From Veillonella sp. VA142 (lineage in GTDB: Bacteria > Bacillota > Negativicutes > Veillonellales > Veillonellaceae), in assembly GCF_003992135.1 (NCBI RefSeq), contig NZ_RQVN01000005.1, positions 1-24,000 of the forward strand: a stretch of 24,000 bases of DNA, read 5' to 3'. The translations under genes and the position numbers were made by a program. Of the stretch, positions 15,198 to 23,362 are shown one piece after another. Position 1 is the stretch's first letter. Each line of letters begins with the position of its first letter. The notes below the pieces were generated by a model. It had not been told where the DNA came from. It saw nothing but the letters and a program-made list of their open reading frames with translations, and searched no databases.

Positions 15198-15977
15198 ATG
15201 TATCTCATTAGCACAAGTTCAAAGACAAATGCATATCTCATTGAACAGGCTAAGGAGTTAAGTAAACTTCTACAAATGCCCTATGTGCCACGAAAGCATC
15301 AGTCCGTTGAAGAATTGCTAGATACAAATCACTGCAGTGGTGCCTTGGTAGTGACCAAGGAAGGTCCTTCTTTTGTGACAAAAGAGGGGATGCCCCATCT
15401 ATTTCATCTGTCTATGGCACATTTGCGCTTGTTAGAAATCGAACGTGGACATACAGACCATCTGCTACAAGCTATCGGCTATGAAACGGTCATATCTGTT
15501 TTAGATTGTACTGCTGGCTTAGGTTCAGATAGTACTGTTATCAGCTATGGTTGTCCACAGTTAACACGTCATACAGCCATTGAAGGACATCCTATCTTGG
15601 GGTATATTACCAATTATGGATTTCGACACTTTCAACATAAGAATCCAAGCGTAACAGAGGCGTTGCGTCGTATTCAATTAGTCATTTGCAATTATCAGAA
15701 TTATTTAAAACAGATAAAACCTAATCAGTATGATGTTATCTATATGGACCCTATGTTTGAAAATCCTGTCTATGAAAGTCCTCAGTTTCTGCAGTGGCGT
15801 GGTCATTTACTAGAATCTAAAATAAGTTCAAACATTGTAGAACTCAGCTTGGAGAAATCGAAACGTTTGGTCATTAAAGAGCGCAAAGGCAGTCGTCTAT
15901 TCAAAGATATTCCACCTATAGAAATGGTGGGTGGTAAATATAGTTCCATTGCCTATGGCATCTATGAAAGGAGGTAA
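15198..15977 (+). CDS. Class I SAM-dependent methyltransferase, RsmJ-like
   Basis: VLDCTAGLGSDS (SAM-binding motif I) and DVIYMDPMF resemble 16S rRNA m2G1516 methyltransferase RsmJ. It is separated by 1 nt from both the mutL stop and the miaA start. Confidence 0.7.
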   Translation: MYLISTSSKTNAYLIEQAKELSKLLQMPYVPRKHQSVEELLDTNHCSGALVVTKEGPSFVTKEGMPHLFHLSMAHLRLLEIERGHTDHLLQAIGYETVISVLDCTAGLGSDSTVISYGCPQLTRHTAIEGHPILGYITNYGFRHFQHKNPSVTEALRRIQLVICNYQNYLKQIKPNQYDVIYMDPMFENPVYESPQFLQWRGHLLESKISSNIVELSLEKSKRLVIKERKGSRLFKDIPPIEMVGGKYSSIAYGIYERR

Positions 15978-15978
15978 G

Positions 15979-16911
15979 ATGAACCAGTTAATCACTATTT
16001 TGGGACCTACTGCAGTAGGGAAAACAGCCCTTACCCTGCGGATGGCGGAAACATTACAGTCCCCTGTATTATCTGGGGATGCATACCAAATTTATAAAGG
16101 GTTGACCATCGGCACTGCCAAACCTACCCTTGAAGAATTAAACAGAGTGCCTCATTATTTCATCGATACCCATGGGCCTAATGACTCGTACAATGTGGCA
16201 GAGTTCAATACACAAGCTAACACTGTTATAGAGGCCGTTAACAAGGACGGTAAGATTCCTATCTTATCTGGTGGTACTGGCCTGTATGTACAATCCTTGC
16301 TAGAAGGCTATGACTTTTTAGATGTACCTCGCAATGACAATTTGCGCCTTGCATTAGATAACATTTTTGATACCTCTGGATTAGAAGGTTTGCAAGCCTA
16401 TGCCAATGAATTGGCTGAAAAAGAAGGCCTTACGTTACCATTTCAAGATAAACATCGCCTATACCGTGCGATTGAGTGCGTACTAGCTGGTGAGGGACAT
16501 GCCTTATTAACGCCATCAAAAGAAGGATTAGTCTTCCATGGTCCCGTCATCGGCTTAGAACGGTCCAGAGAAGAACTATATGAACGGATCAACCTTCGAG
16601 TAGAGTATATGGTTCGAGATGGTTTATTCGAGGAAGTAGAACAGCTATTGGAATCTGGTGTGAAACCAAATTCACAGGCTTTCAAAGGCATTGGATATAA
16701 AGAGATTATCCCTTACTTTCACGGGGAATATTCAAAAGAACGGGCTATTGAATTAGTCCAACAACATACAAGGCAATTTGCAAAGCGACAAATTACTTGG
16801 TATAAACGGATGCCATATATTCAGTGGATTCACATTACACCAAATCGCAGTGAAGAAAGTATTTATGAGGAAGCTATGGAACTAGTTCAAACTAGTTTAA
16901 AGATAAAATAA
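15979..16911 (+). CDS. miaA: tRNA dimethylallyltransferase MiaA
   Basis: MNQLITILGPTAVGKTAL P-loop start with a GGAGG Shine-Dalgarno, IGTAKP, GGTGLY. The upstream ATG 15931 in the track would overlap the previous gene and lacks an RBS. Confidence 0.93.
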   Translation: MNQLITILGPTAVGKTALTLRMAETLQSPVLSGDAYQIYKGLTIGTAKPTLEELNRVPHYFIDTHGPNDSYNVAEFNTQANTVIEAVNKDGKIPILSGGTGLYVQSLLEGYDFLDVPRNDNLRLALDNIFDTSGLEGLQAYANELAEKEGLTLPFQDKHRLYRAIECVLAGEGHALLTPSKEGLVFHGPVIGLERSREELYERINLRVEYMVRDGLFEEVEQLLESGVKPNSQAFKGIGYKEIIPYFHGEYSKERAIELVQQHTRQFAKRQITWYKRMPYIQWIHITPNRSEESIYEEAMELVQTSLKIK

Positions 16912-17048
16912 CTAGAGTAAACTAGCGATGAATGATCCCTATACTTCTATAATATAGTTTAAGATTTTTAAATATGACATAGATATGTATAGTTAACGTA
17001 TGAGGAGTATATATCAAAACTAGTTTTCTATATGTAGAAAGGAATAGA

Positions 17049-18290
17049 ATGACTGTAGAAGAAATCCGTCAACAGGCCCTTGAGTTAGCTGAAAAAGAGT
17101 TCAAAAAATTTAAGCCTGTGGCGTTATATAATACAAAAAAAGTACTGGAAGCATTTAAAGAGTGCCAGCTTTCAGATTATCATTTTAATGGTACCAGTGG
17201 CTATGGATATAATGATGTGGGTCGTGAGAAATTAGACGAAGTGTTCGCTCATGTGTTTAAAGGTGAGCGAGCTATCGTGCGTCCTCATTTCGTGTCTGGT
17301 ACCCATGCATTAGCCACCACATTACAGGCTATCTTGGGGAATGGATCGAAAGGAAAAGAATTTGTTTATGCTGTAGGGCAACCATATGATACGATGCAAT
17401 CTGTCATTGGTGCGTCACGTCATGTACCAGGCTCCTTAACAGAGCAAGGTTTCATCTATAAAGAAGTTCCATTGGCGAATAATACCTACGATTTAGAGGG
17501 CATTCGCCAAGCTGTTACAAAAGATACTCGCGTGGTGGTAATCCAACGTTCTAGAGGATATAGCACACGAGAACCTTTATCTGTGGAAGATATTGATATC
17601 ATTGTGAAAGCTGTAAAAGAAGTAAACCCTGAGACCATTACCTTTGTGGATAATTGTTATGGTGAATTTACAGAAACTAGAGAGCCTTTAGAAGTAGGAG
17701 CAGATATTATGGCAGGCTCCCTCATTAAAAATGCTGGCGGCGGTATTGCTCCTACCGGTGGTTACGTGGTAGGTCGAGATGACCTAGTGGAACAAGTGGG
17801 GTATCAATTAACGGCTCCAGGCTTGGGTGACCATATGGGATCCTACGCGCCGGGATATCGCCTATTCTTCCAAGGATTATTCTTAGCACCTCATATAGTA
17901 TTACAAGCCTTGAAAGGAGCTGTCTATACAGCTGCTGTGGGAACCTTGTTGGGATATGAAGTATTCCCAAAAGTCGATGCACCTCGCTTTGACTTAATCC
18001 AAGCCATCAACCTACACGGACCAGAAGAAATGGAATACTTCTGCCGTGGCATGCAAGCCTATAGCCCTGTAGATGCCCATGTACATCCAATCCCAGGAGA
18101 TATGCCTGGCTACGAAGATAAAATTATCATGGCAGGCGGCACCTTCGTACAAGGATCTTCCATCGAACTCAGCGCAGACGGACCAGTTCGAACACCGTAC
18201 ACCATCTTTATGCAAGGCGGACTTGTATTTGAACACTCCATGCTAGGCATCTTGGGGGCTGCGGAAGAGATATTAAAACATAGAGGATAA
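17049..18290 (+). CDS. PLP-dependent YnbB-like / aluminium-resistance-family protein (methionine gamma-lyase-like)
   Basis: GYGYNDVGREKLDEVFAHVF...VSGTHA...IQRSRGYS...VDNCYGEF...GADIMAGSLIKNAGGGIAPTGGY...ELSADGPVR matches this family. Confidence 0.85.
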   Translation: MTVEEIRQQALELAEKEFKKFKPVALYNTKKVLEAFKECQLSDYHFNGTSGYGYNDVGREKLDEVFAHVFKGERAIVRPHFVSGTHALATTLQAILGNGSKGKEFVYAVGQPYDTMQSVIGASRHVPGSLTEQGFIYKEVPLANNTYDLEGIRQAVTKDTRVVVIQRSRGYSTREPLSVEDIDIIVKAVKEVNPETITFVDNCYGEFTETREPLEVGADIMAGSLIKNAGGGIAPTGGYVVGRDDLVEQVGYQLTAPGLGDHMGSYAPGYRLFFQGLFLAPHIVLQALKGAVYTAAVGTLLGYEVFPKVDAPRFDLIQAINLHGPEEMEYFCRGMQAYSPVDAHVHPIPGDMPGYEDKIIMAGGTFVQGSSIELSADGPVRTPYTIFMQGGLVFEHSMLGILGAAEEILKHRG

Positions 18291-18297
18291 ATAATGA

Positions 18298-18321
18298 AAC
18301 CACTTACTTAGGTAGGTGGTT
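18298..18321 (+). terminator. Hairpin copy 1 (terminator of the YnbB-like gene)
   Basis: AACCACTTAC-TTAG-GTAGGTGGTT: a 10-bp stem with one G-U pair, followed by a weak T tract (TCTTGTT). Confidence 0.7.
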
Positions 18322-18374
18322 CTTGTTACAAATAACGTATTTTCTATGGTGAGTTTAAATTAGACGAAAACCTC

Positions 18375-18403
18375 TTGCCCCAACATTTGATCTAACTTAT
18401 AAT
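18375..18403 (+). promoter_or_regulatory. Promoter for small ORF 18489-18764
   Basis: -35 TTGCCC (18375-18380), 17-nt spacer, -10 TATAAT (18398-18403). Confidence 0.5.
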
Positions 18404-18488
18404 TTGTATGAGTAGATAAATAATAGGAAAAATAAGACATATATCGTTGAGAAGACATTGATAACAATATTTGGTAAGGGGGGATTAT

Positions 18489-18764
18489 ATGTCGCAGACA
18501 AACGAAAGAAATGATGATTTATATGACTATTTAGATGATTGGGAAAACGAGCCAACACCGTTTTATACATTAGAAACAGTTCATTTGTATCATAAAGAGA
18601 TTGAGGAATTTGAAAAATTGGTTGATTCAAATGAAGAGTTAAAAGAATGGACAGAAAATTTATTTAAAAGTTTGGGATTTTCTGATAAAAAGAAAAACAA
18701 GAAGAGGTCAAGAAAAGAGAAGAAGTCAAGAAAGGTTAAGAGACTTGTCGATACACAAATGTAG
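18489..18764 (+). CDS. Small acidic protein with a highly basic C-terminal tail (91 aa), paralog of 18979-19173
   Basis: GGGGGG Shine-Dalgarno lies 5 nt before ATG 18489; the track start 18471 lacks an RBS. The first 64 aa align without gaps to the neighbouring ORF (YDYLDDWENEP vs YDYLDDFKNNP; LFKSLGF vs LCKQFGY). The tail is KKKNKKRSRKEKKSRKVKR. Confidence 0.6.
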   Translation: MSQTNERNDDLYDYLDDWENEPTPFYTLETVHLYHKEIEEFEKLVDSNEELKEWTENLFKSLGFSDKKKNKKRSRKEKKSRKVKRLVDTQM

Positions 18765-18865
18765 AGCTAATCAATCAATAAATAAAATATAATCTGTAAT
18801 AGCACTCTAGGCAATAGCCTATGGGTGATTTTACAGTGAGAATATTAAAGGGAATAAACGGCATG

Positions 18866-18894
18866 TTGTAAAAATATTTGATACTTTATATAAT
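18866..18894 (+). promoter_or_regulatory. Promoter for small ORF 18979-19173
   Basis: -35 TTGTAA (18866-18871), 17-nt spacer, -10 TATAAT (18889-18894). Confidence 0.5.
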
Positions 18895-18978
18895 AAATTA
18901 TAAAAATACTCTGATATGGGAGCCTCAAAATTGTCAGAGCAGCCTTTATAAATTTACAAAATAAAGGAGTGTTAACAT

Positions 18979-19173
18979 ATGTCGAACAAATTGCAAAAAG
19001 AAAAGATAAAATATGATTATCTTGATGATTTTAAAAATAATCCAGAGCCAGTGATAACATGGGAGATAAAAGAAGCCTATTTTGTAAGTGCAGATGAATT
19101 TTGTAGAATGCTAGCAGAAGGTAAAGAATATCAAGAGTTACTTGATGCATTGTGTAAACAATTTGGATACTAA
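18979..19173 (+). CDS. Small protein (64 aa), paralog of 18489-18764 without the basic tail
   Basis: AAGGAG Shine-Dalgarno upstream and colinear similarity to the neighbouring ORF. Its stop TAA abuts the 5' end of hairpin copy 2, sharing two bases with it. Confidence 0.6.
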   Translation: MSNKLQKEKIKYDYLDDFKNNPEPVITWEIKEAYFVSADEFCRMLAEGKEYQELLDALCKQFGY

Positions 19174-19198
19174 CCACTTACTTAGGTAGGTGGTTTTT
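19172..19198 (+). terminator. Hairpin copy 2 (terminator)
   Basis: AACCACTTACTTAGGTAGGTGGTT is identical to copy 1 and is followed by TTT. Confidence 0.8.
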
Positions 19199-19346
19199 AT
19201 GTATAAAGATATATTAATGTGAAAAAGGACACACATAAGACTTACCTATTCTAATTTAGTTATCAATATGCTAAGGAGAATTAAAATAGGTGATTATGCA
19301 GAGGATTAAAAATAATCTTTATCTATATAAACTTTTTTCGGTAAAG

Positions 19347-19355
19347 TGGTATAAT
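19347..19355 (+). promoter_or_regulatory. Extended -10 promoter element
   Basis: TGGTATAAT is a perfect TGnTATAAT. No clear -35 element. Confidence 0.45.
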
Positions 19356-19426
19356 AAAAGTAATCATAAAATGACATAGATTAACTATGAAAGGAATTTT
19401 AGAGTTGATAGGTATGAAAAATTATA

Positions 19427-19573
19427 TTGAAAGTGTACGTAGTATTAGCGATTGCTGTATTTATTGCTAAAATTTACACAGGGTTAGATTGGAGTTCCTG
19501 GATTAATGGCTTTGTTGTTAGCTATGTAATTACAATCATAACTAAACTGTTAGGGGGAGATAAGGATGCCTAG
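19427..19573 (+). CDS. Possible 48-aa hydrophobic peptide (TTG/GTG start) overlapping the next gene start
   Basis: (M)KVYVVLAIAVFIAKIYTGLDWSSWINGFVVSYVITIITKLLGGDKDA has two hydrophobic segments. It overlaps ATG 19566 by 8 nt. There is no convincing Shine-Dalgarno. Confidence 0.2.
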   Translation: MKVYVVLAIAVFIAKIYTGLDWSSWINGFVVSYVITIITKLLGGDKDA

Positions 19574-19769
19574 AGGTGGAACGCGAGAAGGTGCAGGGCG
19601 TAAAGTTGGATGGCGTAAAGGATATAGCGAGACTAGACAAGGGCATCAAATCCGACTGCACGAAGATGAATGGAAAGTCGTTAAACCCTTTGCCAACTTA
19701 GTAAAACAAGATATTAATAAAGCGAGAGAAAAGTTAAAAGAATTAGAAGAGGAACTTGAAAAAGTCTAA
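19566..19769 (+). CDS. Small DNA-binding-like protein (67 aa): N-terminal GGxRxGAGRK motif, possible ribbon-helix-helix, C-terminal coiled-coil
   Basis: GGGGGAGA Shine-Dalgarno upstream. PRGGTREGAGRK is a motif I associate with small phage/plasmid DNA-binding proteins. HQIRLHEDEWKVVKPFANLV fits a beta-strand-then-helix RHH pattern (inference). Confidence 0.55.
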   Translation: MPRGGTREGAGRKVGWRKGYSETRQGHQIRLHEDEWKVVKPFANLVKQDINKAREKLKELEEELEKV

Positions 19770-19863
19770 TTATTTATTGCTGCTTTAATAAATGACTGAA
19801 TATACTAAGATCTGAAAAATTACAACATTACACAATTCTAGAATATAAAAAGGCTTATATAGA

Positions 19864-20097
19864 ATGGTAAAACTACAAAAACAATACGAAACAGAGAATA
19901 CCGTAACATATAATTATTACCCTAATAATGGAACAGATTATGGTACATTTTCAGTAGATAAAACGACTCTCAACTTTACGATTGAATGCTTAGATCCAAT
20001 CTATCCGGAATTATTTTTTTTTAAAGCTTTACGCAAAGTAAAGGATATGATTCTAGAAAATAATTGTAAGATTGAAGAATGCATTATATGGTATTGA
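19864..20097 (+). CDS. Hypothetical small protein (77 aa)
   Basis: ORF only, with a weak RBS (AAAAGG, long spacer). No recognisable motif. Confidence 0.35.
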   Translation: MVKLQKQYETENTVTYNYYPNNGTDYGTFSVDKTTLNFTIECLDPIYPELFFFKALRKVKDMILENNCKIEECIIWY

Positions 20098-20167
20098 TTA
20101 ATTTAACTTGAAGTTTTATTGATAAGAATTATATCGGGTATTTTCTGCATAATTTATTAAAAAAGCT

Positions 20168-20196
20168 TTACCAATTACTAATAGTTTTGGTAGAAT
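20168..20196 (+). promoter_or_regulatory. Promoter of the candidate small RNA
   Basis: -35 TTACCA (20168-20173), then extended -10 TGGTAGAAT (20188-20196). A second TATAAT lies at 20200-20205. Confidence 0.45.
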
Positions 20197-20202
20197 AGGT
20201 AT

Positions 20203-20321
20203 AATAACTTCTCGAGGTAGAAAATTTGTGGCCTCTACACAACTAGAAATAGGATTGAGATGTGGGGTAAGCGACACCCACCGAGAGGTATGAAAACCAC
20301 TTACTTCGGTAGGTGGTTTTT
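20203..20321 (+). ncRNA. Candidate ~120-nt structured small RNA ending in hairpin copy 3
   Basis: A promoter-to-terminator unit with no plausible ORF. ACTTCTCG (20207-20214) can pair with CGAGAGGT (20282-20289), enclosing internal hairpins (GTGGG 20262-20266 with CCCAC 20277-20281). The terminator follows immediately. Confidence 0.35.
20295..20321 (+). terminator. Hairpin copy 3 (terminator, TTCG loop variant)
   Basis: AACCACTTAC-TTCG-GTAGGTGGTT followed by TTT. Confidence 0.8.
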
Positions 20322-20366
20322 CTATTAATAACAGTAACCGATTTGACTTAGTATATCTTTAAAATA

Positions 20367-20396
20367 TTGTCACAATCCCATAAAGTACGTTATAAT
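20367..20396 (+). promoter_or_regulatory. Candidate mnmA promoter
   Basis: -35 TTGTCA (20367-20372), 18-nt spacer, -10 TATAAT (20391-20396). Confidence 0.45.
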
Positions 20397-20489
20397 ATAG
20401 TGATATGTATAAGTATAATTTTTTGTTCAATTATACATCTTCAGACTTTCAATCTGTTTTGATGTATCAATTTGATGGTAGGAGATAAT

Positions 20490-21551
20490 ATGGACAAAGT
20501 ATATGCAGTAGCTATGAGCGGTGGCGTAGATAGTTCTTTAACCGCTTCAATGTTATTAGAACAAGGGTATAAAGTATTTGGTATTACCTTGCGTTTGTGG
20601 GTAAGTGACACGGAGGAAGACGAAATTCCACAAGCTGTGGTAGATGCAAAGAAGATGTGCGATTTTCTTGGTATTGAACATCATGTGGTGGATGCGAAAG
20701 ATATTTTCAAAGACAATGTGGTAGATTATTTCATCACGGAATATTCCAATGGTCGTACACCGAATCCATGCGTGTTCTGTAATCGCAATATTAAATTCGA
20801 TTTGTTATTACAACGTGCCTTATCCTTAGGGGCTACACACATGGTGACAGGTCATTATGCGCAGGTTATGTACAATGAGGCAGCACAGCGGTATGAATTA
20901 CATAAAGGTGACGATCCAACGAAGGATCAAAGTTATGTATTGTACACGTTAACCCAAGATATTTTAAAACATATAGTCTTTCCTTTAGGGAATCAACCAA
21001 AAACGAAAACTCGCGAAATGGCTCATGAAAAAGAATTGCCTGTTTGGGATAAACCAGATAGCTTAGATATCTGTTTCTTGCCGAATCACAATTACCAAGG
21101 GTTCATCGAAAAAACATCGAAATCGAAACCTAAATCAGGGCGCATTGTCCATGAAAATGGTGAAGTGTTAGGTACGCATAATGGATTATACAATTATACA
21201 ATTGGACAACGTAAGGGCTTGGGCATTGCCTATGCATATCCTCTCTATGTTGTGAAATTAGATGGCGAAACGAATGAGGTTATCGTAGGTCCTAATGAAA
21301 GTTTATTCTCTCGCACGATGTTGTGTAAAAACTATAACTTCCTAGACGGAGTTGTGCCCACATCATTACAAGCAGAAGGTAAAATTCGGTATGCCGCGAA
21401 ACCATCACCATGTACTGTTACTTTCACAGAGGACGGTACTATGAAAGTTGAATTTACGGAACCACAACGCGCCATTACACCGGGTCAATCCGTCGTATTC
21501 TACGAAGGAAGTCGAGTTCTTGGTGGTGGTGTAATAGATATTGTTTGTTAG
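20490..21551 (+). CDS. mnmA: tRNA-specific 2-thiouridylase MnmA
   Basis: [12 protein letters not shown]-loop motif, NPCVFCN, and KDQSY. GGAG Shine-Dalgarno precedes ATG 20490; the track start 20472 is less likely. Confidence 0.95.
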   Translation: MDKVYAVAMSGGVDSSLTASMLLEQGYKVFGITLRLWVSDTEEDEIPQAVVDAKKMCDFLGIEHHVVDAKDIFKDNVVDYFITEYSNGRTPNPCVFCNRNIKFDLLLQRALSLGATHMVTGHYAQVMYNEAAQRYELHKGDDPTKDQSYVLYTLTQDILKHIVFPLGNQPKTKTREMAHEKELPVWDKPDSLDICFLPNHNYQGFIEKTSKSKPKSGRIVHENGEVLGTHNGLYNYTIGQRKGLGIAYAYPLYVVKLDGETNEVIVGPNESLFSRTMLCKNYNFLDGVVPTSLQAEGKIRYAAKPSPCTVTFTEDGTMKVEFTEPQRAITPGQSVVFYEGSRVLGGGVIDIVC

Positions 21552-21562
21552 AAAGGGAAGTC

Positions 21563-23362
21563 ATGAGTACATCACATATTCGTAATTTTTGTATCATTGC
21601 TCATATTGACCATGGTAAGTCCACGCTAGCGGATCGTTTAATCGAAGAAACGGGGTCTTTGACAAAACGGGAAATGCAAGCCCAAGTCTTAGACTCCATG
21701 GACCTAGAACGGGAACGGGGCATTACAATTAAAGCCCAATCCGTTCGTTTATTGCACACCGCAAAGGATGGACAAGAGTACACATTAAATTTAATCGACA
21801 CACCGGGTCATGTTGACTTCAGTTATGAAGTATCACGTTCCTTGGCAGCTTGCGAAGGAGCCTTGTTGGTGGTTGATGCTGCACAAGGTGTAGAGGCGCA
21901 AACTTTGGCCAATGTCTATTTAGCATTGGAACATGATTTGGAAATCATTCCTGTCATTAATAAAATTGATTTGCCAAGTGCAGATCCTGAACGTGTAAAA
22001 CGTGAAATCGAAGATGTTATTGGATTAGATGCATCTGATGCTATTTTGGCCAGTGCTAAGTCTGGCATTGGTATTCAGGATATCTTAGAAGCCATTGTAG
22101 AGAAAATTCCTGCACCACCAGATCATTCTGATAAACCAGCACGTGCCTTAATTTTTGACTCTCGCTTTGACTCCTACAAAGGTGCCATTGCATACGTGCG
22201 TGTGCAAGAAGGGTCTTTGAAAGTAAAAGATACCATTCGTATGATGCACAGTTCTAAGGATTTTGAGGTCACTGAATTAGGTGTATTTACACCGCATTTA
22301 TTACCAGTCCAAGAATTACCATGTGGCTCTGTAGGCTGTGTAGCGGCAAGTATTAAAAATGTTCGTGACTGTCGTGTAGGGGATACTATCACAAAAGCAG
22401 ATAATCCAGCTGAAGAACCATTACCAGGATACCGCAAAGCCGTGTCCATGGTATATTGTGGTCTATACCCAACAGATTCCAAAGATTATGAAAACTTACG
22501 GGATGCCTTAGAAAAACTAAACCTAAACGATGCTGCTTTAGAATACGAAGCAGAAACATCCTTGGCACTAGGCTTTGGATTCCGTTGCGGTTTCCTTGGA
22601 TTGTTGCATATGGATGTCATCCAAGAACGATTGGAACGGGAGTATAATCTATCCTTGATTACGACTGCTCCAAGCGTAAACTATAAGGTATACAAAACAA
22701 ATGGGGAAGTCATCGAAGTGGATAACCCTGCTAAATTACCGCCACCAACTGAAATTGACTATGTAGAGGAGCCATATGTAAAGGCAACCACTATCGTCCC
22801 TAAAGATTATGTGGGAGCCATTATGGAACTTTCACAGGACAAACGCGGGGAATACATCAGCATGGAATACATTGATGAAAGCCGTGTATCCATCGTATAC
22901 CACTTGCCGCTAGGGGAAATCATTTACGATTACTTTGATAAATTGAAATCTGCTACGAAAGGCTATGCATCCTTGGACTACGAATTGATTGGCTACCAAC
23001 AATCTCCAATGGTAAAAATGGATATCTTGCTAAACGGAGATCCTGTCGATGCCTTGAGTATTATCGTTCACAAAGATCGCGCTCAATTACGTGGCCGTGC
23101 CCTCGCTGAGAAATTGAAAGAATTGATTCCACGTCAAAACTTTGAAATTCCAATCCAAGCGGCAGTAGGCACAAAAATTGTAGCTCGTGAAACGGTAAAA
23201 GCTTGGCGTAAAGACGTATTGGCAAAATGTTACGGCGGTGATATTTCCCGTAAACGTAAATTGCTAGAAAAACAAAAAGAAGGTAAAAAACGGATGAAAG
23301 CTGTAGGGTCTGTAGAGATTCCACAAGAGGCATTCATGGCGATTTTGAAAGTAGAAAACTAA
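21563..23362 (+). CDS. lepA: Translation elongation factor 4 (LepA)
   Basis: [33 protein letters not shown] GTPase motifs, and the characteristic LepA C-terminus. The start at 21563 has an RBS. Confidence 0.97.
   Translation: MSTSHIRNFCIIAHIDHGKSTLADRLIEETGSLTKREMQAQVLDSMDLERERGITIKAQSVRLLHTAKDGQEYTLNLIDTPGHVDFSYEVSRSLAACEGALLVVDAAQGVEAQTLANVYLALEHDLEIIPVINKIDLPSADPERVKREIEDVIGLDASDAILASAKSGIGIQDILEAIVEKIPAPPDHSDKPARALIFDSRFDSYKGAIAYVRVQEGSLKVKDTIRMMHSSKDFEVTELGVFTPHLLPVQELPCGSVGCVAASIKNVRDCRVGDTITKADNPAEEPLPGYRKAVSMVYCGLYPTDSKDYENLRDALEKLNLNDAALEYEAETSLALGFGFRCGFLGLLHMDVIQERLEREYNLSLITTAPSVNYKVYKTNGEVIEVDNPAKLPPPTEIDYVEEPYVKATTIVPKDYVGAIMELSQDKRGEYISMEYIDESRVSIVYHLPLGEIIYDYFDKLKSATKGYASLDYELIGYQQSPMVKMDILLNGDPVDALSIIVHKDRAQLRGRALAEKLKELIPRQNFEIPIQAAVGTKIVARETVKAWRKDVLAKCYGGDISRKRKLLEKQKEGKKRMKAVGSVEIPQEAFMAILKVEN

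Noticed and set aside
15931-15978. Upstream start codons in the track that extend miaA (15931), mnmA (20472), lepA (21545) and the small ORF (18471)
   Set aside because: In each case a downstream ATG is preceded by a proper Shine-Dalgarno and gives the canonical family N-terminus. The extensions overlap the preceding gene or lack an RBS.
16912-17048. Absence of hfq after miaA, where it sits in E. coli and B. subtilis
   Set aside because: The 137-bp gap clearly holds no Hfq-sized ORF. However, absence at this locus says nothing about the rest of the genome and may simply be lineage-typical, so it cannot be evaluated from one window.
17752-18236. Antisense ORFs 17752-17982 and 18012-18236, and minus ORF 18397-18630
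   Set aside because: The first two are shadows within the YnbB-like gene. The third is antisense to the promoter and 5' part of the small paralog gene, has a low-complexity sequence, and lacks an RBS.
18298-20321. The three repeated hairpins as a CRISPR array or tandem repeat
   Set aside because: The spacing is about 850-1100 bp, with promoters and genes in between. The repeats are palindromic terminators with U-tracts, and no cas genes are present.
21601-23333. Antisense ORFs within lepA (21601-21801, 22174-22482, 23061-23333)
   Set aside because: These are shadows of the confidently identified EF4 gene.
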